A stretch of 56,711 nt of DNA from Rhodothermales bacterium (GTDB lineage Bacteria > Bacteroidota > Rhodothermia > Rhodothermales > Bin80), in NCBI GenBank assembly GCA_012271185.1, contig JAAXGV010000096.1, positions 1-56,711 on the forward strand, read 5' to 3'. Of the stretch, positions 49,260 to 56,711 are shown piece by piece. Below the pieces are notes generated by a model. It had not been told where the DNA came from and did not search any database. It was given only the letters and a program-made list of their open reading frames with translations. Every line of letters starts with the position of its first letter. The first letter of the stretch is position 1. Both the position numbers and the translations under genes were made by a program.

Positions 49260-49560
49260 CATGTCTCTGACAGGAATGATGTGCGAAAACGGCTATTTAT
49301 CCAAACCGCCACCTTCAACCTTGGTTTTACGACGCGCAAGCGGTGCGGAGCCGGACCTCACACAGGGTCGCGGCGGCGTGCGCTTGCAAGGCATGTCAGT
49401 CCGCTTATATTGCGTGTTCTTCGCCGCTCTGTGGACTTTTTGGCTCGCTCCTCGGCTTTTCAAGTCGCGGAACACGCCTTGGACCCACGTTCTTCCCTAT
49501 CCCGGCACTGGCGCCTCTTTTCACCCGGCACCCTGAACCCCCATTTCACTCTCCACAGAT
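49260..49560 (+). repeat. dispersed-repeat-family copy (IS5-like 5' segment), truncated at the stop of gene copy 2
   Basis: 49440-49560 aligns by eye with 27900-28025 (..CTCCTCGGCTTTTCAAG.CGC...CTTGG.CCC...TTCTTCCCTATC.CGGC.CTGG.GCCTCTTTTCACCC.GCAC.CTGAA.CCCC). Confidence 0.5.
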
Positions 49561-49947
49561 TGCTAGCCCAAGAGAGTGTTGAGAGTGAACACTGCGCTGA
49601 TTACGATAACGCTCATGCTGATAACCCACAACTGGATCCGCATCTTGCTTTCTATTGCGGCGCTCTGCGTGTCCAGCTTGTTGTTCTGCGCTTCCAGTCG
49701 GGCATTTACGGCATCCAACTTGGACTCCATGGAGCCTTGGAATTGAGCGATAAGATTGGCACTGGCCATGGTTTGGAGTTCTTGAACGAAGGAGTAGGCC
49801 TCCTCCTCTTTCAGGCCCAGCTTCAGAAGCAAAAGAAACAGACGCTTATCGTCCGGAGAAGGCAGCGTCTCGGCCATAGGTGAAGATACGTGGCATAGAC
49901 TGCTGATACCACCGGAAGAGCGCAAGGGTTGCAGGCGCTCCCCTGCA
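49503..49947. repeat. right copy of the roughly 450-bp direct repeat bracketing islet 2
   Basis: See the entry for 43757-44206. The coding part is about nine-tenths identical by eye. Confidence 0.85.
49563..49877 (-). CDS. tail-anchored coiled-coil membrane protein, copy 2
   Basis: 104 aa from the ATG at 49877 (MAETLPSPDDKRLF...). 93 of 104 residues are identical to copy 1, counted from the translations. Confidence 0.7.
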   Translation of the reverse strand: MAETLPSPDDKRLFLLLLKLGLKEEEAYSFVQELQTMASANLIAQFQGSMESKLDAVNARLEAQNNKLDTQSAAIESKMRIQLWVISMSVIVISAVFTLNTLLG

Positions 49948-49971
49948 ACACGGCATGAACATTGCTTTGCA

Positions 49972-50014
49972 GAAAGTCTGAACCAGCGCAGGAATAGGCG
50001 CTAGTTCAGACTTC
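49972..50014 (-). terminator. long stem-loop beginning at the MFS stop codon
   Basis: GAAAGTCTGAACCAGCGC (49972-49989) pairs with GCGCTAGTTCAGACTTC (49998-50014). That gives about 17 bp with one mismatch and one bulge, and an 8-nt loop. There is no U-tract, so it is not a canonical intrinsic terminator. Confidence 0.3.
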
Positions 50015-51606
50015 TAAGCGCCACTGTCGGCGTCCTTGGCCTGCAGCTTAACGGGCCTGTATCCGCCTGCCATGCGGTCCCGGACAAACATGATGCCAAA
50101 GACCAGGACAAGGATCAGCCCGTATGGAGCAAGGGTGCGAAATGACTGCCTTCCGCCATAGTTGTCCGCAGGATTAAGCAGCGCCTGGGCTTCCTGCACC
50201 AGCGGATCATCAAGCCCAGTACCGGCGATTTCGCGCAGCAGCTCCCCTGTTCTGCCAGGCGGCAGCATAGCCCGGTCTTCGAGCATGAACCCCACCTCCC
50301 TCAGCGCCTCCACCTTCATCTCGTAGTTCTCCGGTCTCAGGGCGACATCCATGGTATCCAGCGTATACCAGATCTCCCACAGCGCTTCTTCGTATGCATC
50401 GTCCCTGTTGATGGGGTCAACGACGGCCTTGATCGCCTCAACAGTCGCCATGATGTCTTCCGTCTGCGGTCCTGAGGCCAAGGCGGGAAGCTCCTCTACA
50501 GCCCGGTCAAGAACCTCCCTGGTGGCAGTCTCCGGCAACTCACTGTGCCCCTCGATGTCCGCGACGCTTCCCAGCCACGGTGTAACCAGGAAGGATGCAA
50601 GCATGCCGACAGCACCCATGACGCCAAGGCCCAGCGCACCGCTTTTCGGGTTGCGTTCTGACACAAGCCCCAGCATCGTAGGCCAGAAGTAGGCAATGCC
50701 GATGGCCCAGACGGCGGCTGTGACAAGCGCCATGGTTAGAGTTTCCGCCTTGCTGAACAGATATAGCCCCACAACAGCCAGTATGGACCCGAAAAAGAGG
50801 ATACCGGTCGGTGTCAGCAGGCGTACCACGGGCGGCGCCAGAAGGCGCAGCGTCCCCATGATGCCGAAGATGAACCCAAACACCAGAAGTCCGTGCAGCC
50901 CCCCGGCTTCCAGCACAGGCGGGACCCATGTAACGGGCGGGAGCTCCATGGAAGCCGTCAGCAGCATCATGGGCAGCATGACGATCATAATGGGTGCAAA
51001 GAGTGCTTTGAAGGACTGGCCCACAGAGATGCCGGCGCTGACACCTTCCGTCTGCGGGAAGGGTTCCATCAGCATCATGATGCCGTACCCCAGTGCAGGC
51101 ACCAGAATCAGAAGCAGCTGGCCCCGCCAGCCAACACCAAGATTGGCAAAGAAGAGTGCCAGGATGATGGCGGCCAGGAGGTTGCCATACGGAAACCACA
51201 TATGGAAGTGGTTGAGCTTTGACGTCTTGTTATCGGGGTAGAGTGCCGCCACCAGCGGGTTGCATCCGGCTTCCACCAGCCCTGCTCCTAGGCCGCAGCA
51301 CAGAGAACCCGCTACGGCCATCACATAGCCCTGCGATGTCATGATCAGGATCGCGCCCGCAACATGGCCTGCGAAGGCGCCACGCACGATCCATCGCATG
51401 CCTATGGTGTCGCACAGCGGCGAAAAGATGGCCTGGCTGATAGTAAAGCCAATGAAGAACACCCCCGTGAAGACGCCAAGTTCGGCATTGGTGAGCGCGA
51501 ACTCCTGCTTCACCGAGAAGGCGATGCCGGCAAGCACCGTGAAGGCGAAAGCCGTAGTAAGCAGCGCCGCACAACTGCCCCAAAAAAGCTTTTCTCTGTT
51601 GATCAT
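50014..51606 (-). CDS. MFS transporter with a C-terminal soluble insert plus an extra TM helix
   Basis: 530 aa. Twelve TM helices of MFS type are followed by an acidic segment of about 150 aa and a final helix (LAPYGLILVLVFGIMFV). Confidence 0.85.
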   Translation of the reverse strand: MINREKLFWGSCAALLTTAFAFTVLAGIAFSVKQEFALTNAELGVFTGVFFIGFTISQAIFSPLCDTIGMRWIVRGAFAGHVAGAILIMTSQGYVMAVAGSLCCGLGAGLVEAGCNPLVAALYPDNKTSKLNHFHMWFPYGNLLAAIILALFFANLGVGWRGQLLLILVPALGYGIMMLMEPFPQTEGVSAGISVGQSFKALFAPIMIVMLPMMLLTASMELPPVTWVPPVLEAGGLHGLLVFGFIFGIMGTLRLLAPPVVRLLTPTGILFFGSILAVVGLYLFSKAETLTMALVTAAVWAIGIAYFWPTMLGLVSERNPKSGALGLGVMGAVGMLASFLVTPWLGSVADIEGHSELPETATREVLDRAVEELPALASGPQTEDIMATVEAIKAVVDPINRDDAYEEALWEIWYTLDTMDVALRPENYEMKVEALREVGFMLEDRAMLPPGRTGELLREIAGTGLDDPLVQEAQALLNPADNYGGRQSFRTLAPYGLILVLVFGIMFVRDRMAGGYRPVKLQAKDADSGA

Positions 51607-51842
51607 CAGACTCCCTGGTTATGCGCCTCTACGGGCGCGTGGACATCTACGATTAGAACCGCTCAAGGATAAAGCACAAGGACCTGACAATGCAAGTCGT
51701 TTCAGGCTGAAGGCGGCAGCTGCTACTGAGGCATGCTGCTGCATCCTGTGGGTTGGGGTGTGCCGAATGCGGTGGCGAACAAGAACAGAAGCGTGCACGA
51801 GGCATACAACCTCACTCCTGCAACTTAGCCCTGGTAGATACT

Positions 51843-52457
51843 ATGCGCACGACAGCAACAGCAGCAGCACTTCTTGCGATCCTCCTCCTTGGTGCGGAGC
51901 TGGCCCACGCCCAACGTCCGGCCTCGCCTCTCGGCATGGCCGCTATTCCGGCCTCGCCTCGCGGCATGGCCGCTACGCAGATTGGCAAAGCATGGATCAC
52001 GGTAGACTACGGCCGTCCGATTCTCCGTGGCCGCACGGAGATATTTGGGTCAGGAGACTCCTACGGGGACCGTGTTATCGGAAATGCGTCGGTCTGGCGT
52101 GTGGGAGCCAACAAGTCCACCCGCCTGAATACGGAGACGGACCTGCAGTTTGGCAGCGAGACCCTTGCTGCCGGCGAGTACAGCGTATTCGCGGCGCTGG
52201 CAGAAGGCGAATGGACGCTGATATTCTCCAGTCACGAGGCGAAAAGCTCTGGTCGTGATGATAGCCCGGGTATCTGGGGAGCTTACGGATACTCGGAGGA
52301 TCAGGACGTGCTGCGGGTGCCGATGCAACTGCACAAGAGTGACGCATCGGTTGACCAGTTCACCATAGGCTTCCTGAACGTGACCAGCGAGGGTGGTACG
52401 CTGGCGCTAATGTGGGAGCACACGAAGGCCACAGCAGACTTCCGCGTCGCCGAGTAG
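51843..52457 (+). CDS. DUF2911-domain secreted protein
   Basis: The start is moved to the ATG at 51843 (MRTTATAAALLAILLLGAELAHA). WITVDYGRPILRGRTEIFG...VWRVGANKSTRL...AGEYSVF matches the DUF2911 pattern. Confidence 0.75.
   Translation: MRTTATAAALLAILLLGAELAHAQRPASPLGMAAIPASPRGMAATQIGKAWITVDYGRPILRGRTEIFGSGDSYGDRVIGNASVWRVGANKSTRLNTETDLQFGSETLAAGEYSVFAALAEGEWTLIFSSHEAKSSGRDDSPGIWGAYGYSEDQDVLRVPMQLHKSDASVDQFTIGFLNVTSEGGTLALMWEHTKATADFRVAE
51918..51977. repeat. in-frame 30-bp tandem duplication
   Basis: CCGGCCTCGCCTCTCGGCATGGCCGCTATT is followed directly by CCGGCCTCGCCTCGCGGCATGGCCGCTACG. These encode PASPLGMAAI and PASPRGMAAT. Confidence 0.9.
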
Positions 52458-52801
52458 CGGCACGCGGACGTTGTGAGCGGGAGCCACAGGCAACGGGGAA
52501 CGAAGCCAAGCTCCTACCGCCACGCAAAGGGCCACATGCCCCTTTAATGAACCCGTGTGCGGTGCTGGCCGGCAATATCCGCGCTGAGCCACGGCAGCAT
52601 GGCCGAAGCGCAGGAAACGCCCGGCCGTCTCTGCCAGAAGGCCGGGCGGGTGGCCGCAAACGCCTCACCCCAGGCGACCGTCCCAGTCCGCGCACCTGGA
52701 GAGAAGCACGGGTACGCACCCGCCCGGAGCAGGTGTTGTGTGGAAAGCTCTCACGGTACGCATGGGCGCCTTCCGGATCGGGTTGTGCGAGAGGCCAGCT
52801 C

Positions 52802-53647
52802 CTATTCGTTCACCCGCAGATTGAAGGGCTCTACACGGCCGCCCTCAGGCATGACCAGGCGGCCTTCGTCAAAGGGTGCCCGGAACGAGATATCCGACGC
52901 AGTCGCCGTAGCACGCAACGTAGTATCCTGTTCACCCCCGGCAAAGGAGTAGCTCTCAAAGCGCGTAGGCACTGTCAGGCCATCAAACGTCTGGTATTCG
53001 AGGAAGCGCATGAGTGTCTCCCGTCCCTGCGTGTCGGGGCGCCCACGCCCGTATGTTGACCGGTAGCGGATCGCACTCACACGTCCGGTCTCAGGATGGA
53101 CGTACAAGGTATACGTGTCGCCATACGAATCGCCCACATCATCGTCATAAGAGACCTTCACCATCTGGTGCGAAACGCCGTCCAGAGACTCGTCTGGAAG
53201 CACCTCGTAACGTGTGCCGGCATCAGCCAGGACAAAAGGTATGGACTGAAAGTAATACGCTGTCGAAGCCCAGAAACGAGGGTTGATCTGCACAGTGTCC
53301 GGATATACCCAGGCGTCCGCTCCATCCCAGGCCATCTGCGCATCCAGCGCTATCGGTTCACGCCGGCTTCCCATGGCGAGCAGATCATGGTAGATCTGTC
53401 GCGTGCGGTTGTTGGCTACCAAGTGGGACCGGACCAGGAAGTTGTCGCTGCCAAAATCCCACGTGTACGAGCTGGTCGGCGCATCAAGCCAGGCGCGGAT
53501 GCCACCGGCCGCATTGATGGCGCGAAGTATCAGCCGGCCTCCATCCGTGGCCTCAAGCCGCTCACGGATGACCTCATCCTCGGGTGGTGCTTCAGTCTGG
53601 CAGCCCAGGAGCAGCACCACAAGGGCTGCGATGGAAAGTTGTCGCAT
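52802..53647 (-). CDS. hypothetical lipoprotein
   Basis: 281 aa with a lipobox (VVLLLGCQ). No catalytic motif is recognised. Confidence 0.6.
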   Translation of the reverse strand: MRQLSIAALVVLLLGCQTEAPPEDEVIRERLEATDGGRLILRAINAAGGIRAWLDAPTSSYTWDFGSDNFLVRSHLVANNRTRQIYHDLLAMGSRREPIALDAQMAWDGADAWVYPDTVQINPRFWASTAYYFQSIPFVLADAGTRYEVLPDESLDGVSHQMVKVSYDDDVGDSYGDTYTLYVHPETGRVSAIRYRSTYGRGRPDTQGRETLMRFLEYQTFDGLTVPTRFESYSFAGGEQDTTLRATATASDISFRAPFDEGRLVMPEGGRVEPFNLRVNE

Positions 53648-53730
53648 GGTGATGGTTGAACGGGTTGGAAATATCGCACCCTGTCAAACCAACGCAAGCG
53701 CAATACGTTGCCTGCAACCCTGAAACGTTC

Positions 53731-54552
53731 ATGAACACAATACGCATCGCGGCGCTCCAGATGTGTTCGCGGCAGAACCGCGACGACAACCTCCGGCAGG
53801 CGCGAACGCTCATGGAAGAGGCACTCAGCAAGGGAGCTCAGCTTATCGCGCTGCCGGAGAACTTCTCCTTCCTGAACCGCGAAGGTGACAAGCTCTCCGT
53901 CGTCGAAGACTTGCAGCATGGTCCCAGCGTCCAGATGCTTGGTGCGTTCGCACGGACGCATGGCGTAATCATTGTGGGTGGCAGCGTTCCGCTGCGCGCC
54001 GGAGGCAAGGTCACCAACACTTGCCTGGTATTCAGCGCTGCCGGGGAAATCATCGCCCGCTACGACAAGATCCACCTCTTTGACATCTCCCTGGATGAGG
54101 CGCATGCCTTTCAGGAATCCAGGCACATCGCACCGGGGTCTGCACTGGTGACCTTTGAGGGGTACGGGCACAAGATGGGCCTTAGCATCTGCTACGACCT
54201 GCGCTTTCCGGAGCTGTTTCGCCGGCTGGCTGTGCAAGGAGCCAGGGTGCTCTTCGTGCCATCGGCATTTACATGGCGCACCGGATCATACCACTGGGAG
54301 GTGCTGCTACGTGCTCGGGCGATAGAGAACCTGTGCTATGTTGTTGCGCCGGCACAGCAGGGCCGGCACAATAATCGCCGGGAAAGCTTCGGACATACCA
54401 TGATCATTGACCCTTGGGGGCAGATCCTCACTCAGGCACCAGACCGTCCGGGCGTGGTTGTAGCAGAGCTGGACTTCAGCTACCAGCAGCAGACGCGCCA
54501 GAGACTGCCATGCCTGGATCATGTCCGGGTGCTGCATGACCGCCAGACATGA
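53731..54552 (+). CDS. carbon-nitrogen hydrolase (nitrilase superfamily)
   Basis: The start is moved to the ATG at 53731 (MNTIRIAALQM). The contexts of the Glu-Lys-Cys triad are LPENF, YDKIHLF and SICYDLRFPE. Confidence 0.9.
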   Translation: MNTIRIAALQMCSRQNRDDNLRQARTLMEEALSKGAQLIALPENFSFLNREGDKLSVVEDLQHGPSVQMLGAFARTHGVIIVGGSVPLRAGGKVTNTCLVFSAAGEIIARYDKIHLFDISLDEAHAFQESRHIAPGSALVTFEGYGHKMGLSICYDLRFPELFRRLAVQGARVLFVPSAFTWRTGSYHWEVLLRARAIENLCYVVAPAQQGRHNNRRESFGHTMIIDPWGQILTQAPDRPGVVVAELDFSYQQQTRQRLPCLDHVRVLHDRQT

Positions 54553-54673
54553 CAGTGCAGCCTGACAGGGAAAGATTGGTACTCTGCCGGAAAAGCCCTA
54601 TGATCCAGAGCGACTTCGAGATGAAGCTGCACACGGAGCACAAGTATGGAAAAGTACATCGGGGCGAATCTGG

Positions 54674-55184
54674 ATGACGGTGGTGGCCATTGGTCTGGCG
54701 GTCGACGTCTTCGTCCAAAGTGATTCCCTAACGCCGATCGAGTTACCGGAAGGAGGAGCACCGTTTCGGACGGCCCTCATCCAGTTGGGAATCCTCTACA
54801 TCGTTGCCCTGTTCGTCGAACGCACGCTTGAAGTTCTTATCCGGGCGTGGCGTCAGAGTAGGAAGACTCATCTCGGAGAGAAAGTGCGATCAGCGGAAGA
54901 AAGTGGCAAGGCGGCGGCCGAGAAGAAACTCCAAGAATACAAGGTGGGCACTTCTCATCGGTTTGACACTGGGGATTTTGGTATCGGTGTCCGGGGTCCG
55001 CTTGCTTGGCCCGATCTTCGAGTTCGGTGGCGCAGGGGCGTCGTTTCAACGGGTTGTGCTTCAGTTCACGGACATCATCCTTGCAGCCGGACTGATTGGT
55101 GGCGGATCGGCAACAATCCACGAGTTGATGGCACTAGTCGCTGATTTCCTGAAGACCAGTCGAAAGCGCGCGAAGCAATCTTGA
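54674..55184 (+). pseudogene. frameshifted membrane protein, unknown family
   Basis: ORF 54674..55144 is protein-like up to ...AAEKKLQEYK. ORF 54804..55184, in another frame, becomes protein-like from ALLIGLTLGILVSVSG... to the end. The junction is near 54935-54965. Confidence 0.55.
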
Positions 55185-55432
55185 AGTCGGCAAGACAGCA
55201 CCATTGCCGGAACGGGCAGCCAAGTCCCAGCGCCCTGTTATTCTGCCCACGTATCCGCCCAATACTGTTCCTCTCAGGGGTTCTGGGCTATAACGCGTTG
55301 TCTGGGTTCACACTGACACGCGCTAAGCTGCCAAACCCGAACGCCAACCCTGCTTACAGTGCCAGATTCCGTGTTAGGGAAGGGACATGAAATCCCATTG
55401 AGCAGGTAGATGCCATCTGCCTGCCACTGAGG

Positions 55433-56261
55433 CTACTGCTTCCTGCCAAGCCTTTCGAACAAATGATCCAGAGAGATGGATTTCCCCGGGCCGGGGTATC
55501 CGAAGTCGTCGCTTAAGGCCTGCCGCAGGTATTTTTGATCCGCGGCGCTTTCGCTGCCGGTTTTCTTTTTATACGCCTCTGTGTCTGCGGCAAAGTGCTC
55601 CACCCACCCCAACAGCTCCGGATCATCGAGCACCATGGCCAGACGGGCGGCATGAAACAGCACGATGAATCGTCTGACATCGTGAAAGTCTTCCCATATC
55701 GGGGGTGTGTTTGGCGTCAGGTACAAGGCGGCAGTCGCTTTTATTGCAGCCCGCTCCTGTTCGGTGAAGTACTCCAGCCCCCACTCCTGCACCATCAGGC
55801 GCAACGCTGTTAGACAATGGTCTATGTCATAGTGGTCTGCATCACCTTCTCCATGGGCCGTGCGAATCAGCTCCGGAAGCGCCTGACGCCCGAACTTCGC
55901 CAACGCCAATGCCGTGTCCCAGTGAAGGGATCGCAGCAGGGTCCTGCATGACAATCGCATACTCCGCCAGAAAGGCTGTCGTCCCATCGTCTTTAAACCG
56001 GTGCACCCCCAAGCGCATGGCCTCCCGGTCCCGCTGTATCTCGCTCGCGAGCGCGTAAAGTATCGCGCTGCGCAACGCGGGCGTCCAGTCCTGATACGGA
56101 ATGTGGTCGACGTAGAGCATTCCCCGGGAAAGTGTGTCGAGGTTATCACTCCTGAGATCCGCGGCAATCGCCTCCTGGCTGGGAAGCGTCCAGCTCCGCT
56201 GGGCGGCCGCCTCAGAAAACGCGCCTGCCAGCAGCAGCAGGCAGAAAACGAAGCTCCTCAT
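55433..56261 (-). pseudogene. frameshifted secreted helical-repeat protein
   Basis: ORF 55842..56261 has a signal peptide (MRSFVFCLLLLAGAFSEAAAQ) and reads sensibly to ...VMQDPAAIPSL. ORF 55433..56167 continues sensibly from DTALALAKFGRQALPELI.... The junction is near 55911-55940. Confidence 0.55.
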
Positions 56262-56343
56262 AACGCGCTGATCTTATAGTTGCAGGTGCAGATGATGATC
56301 GTCGTAGTAGGAAAACTGGAAGAGCACTTTAAAACCTGCTATC

Positions 56344-56711
56344 TCAGCCAGATCCGCAAGTATGTCGTACTCTCCTCTCCCACTCTGCATCCCCCAGGTG
56401 CCCCCACAGCTTCCTGGTGCTTATATCGATCCCCGTACCGCGCATGTGCTGACTCCTGGCATGGCCGTCAACTGCTTCGTTTCCCACGGGACACCGGTAG
56501 CCGCTCGTTAGCGGAAGACCACCTATGTCCAGATCGGTATCCGCAACGGCCAAAGCGCGCAGATCCTCCAGCATTCCCGGAATATCCGACCTGATGTACC
56601 CGAAAGGACGGTGCGTTTTCTCATTACCCCCCGCCCAGTACCCGTTCAGCTCATCCCAAGGGAAATGCGCCGACCCCCCGGATGTCGCGAACTGGTCACA
56701 GCTTGGCCCAT
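56344..56711 (-). CDS. peptidase M15A-like (YcbK/DUF882-type) protein, partial (N-terminus beyond the window)
   Basis: The frame is open to the window edge (..SAHFPWDELNGYW..). The motif is LTSGYRCPVGNEAVDGHARSQHMRGTGIDI. Confidence 0.65.
   Translation of the reverse strand, partial: GPSCDQFATSGGSAHFPWDELNGYWAGGNEKTHRPFGYIRSDIPGMLEDLRALAVADTDLDIGGLPLTSGYRCPVGNEAVDGHARSQHMRGTGIDISTRKLWGHLGDAEWERRVRHTCGSG

Noticed and set aside
1-56711. Search for tRNA, tmRNA or rRNA genes as island integration targets.
   Set aside because: I found no T-loop-like GGTTCGAATCC-type motifs in a cloverleaf context and no rRNA-like sequence. Both islets instead abut duplicated protein-coding segments.

Overview
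This is a high-GC (roughly 60-65% by eye) bacterial chromosomal window. The gene content (GWxTD protein, TonB-dependent receptor, DUF2911, sigma-54, many starts without a Shine-Dalgarno) suggests Bacteroidota/Rhodothermota, which is inference only. I found no rRNA, tRNA or CRISPR array. Most of the window is ordinary housekeeping: a TonB-dependent receptor, amidohydrolase, GH13 amylase, a LolA-like/FtsX/ABC/outer-membrane cluster, two OsmC paralogs, a beta-oxidation operon, queG, lysS, rpoN, ruvB, a PQQ-type dehydrogenase, an FAD/Fe-S oxidase, an MFS transporter and a nitrilase-family hydrolase. Four accessory patches stand out. (1) At 16767-17669 (-) a ThsB-like TIR (DUF1863-type) gene is missing from the ORF track because it lacks an ATG/GTG/TTG start. 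It sits 18 nt downstream of a 130-aa three-helix membrane protein, with no SIR2/SLOG/Macro partner. This is my best candidate for an undescribed Thoeris-like TIR plus membrane-effector defence pair. (2) A roughly 4-kb islet (about 26030-29970) is bracketed by imperfect direct repeats that duplicate the 3' end of a membrane-protein gene plus the start of a csbD-like gene. It carries a Fic protein, an IS5 remnant, a truncated and frameshifted PD-(D/E)xK module, and a stand-alone DUF4268. (3) A roughly 5.3-kb islet (44207-49502) is bracketed by roughly 450-bp direct repeats, each containing a full copy of a 104-aa tail-anchored coiled-coil gene. It carries a DUF262-DUF1524 (GmrSD-like) nuclease with a C-terminal extension, decayed methylase and IS fragments, and a small secreted-protein gene with an A13 tract. 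(4) The left edge holds a frameshifted ABC-type ATPase, decayed IS5 pieces and a repeat-rich anchored coiled-coil protein. Four accessory genes are frameshifted while every housekeeping gene is intact. All family assignments come from motif recognition by eye and need HMM/BLAST confirmation.
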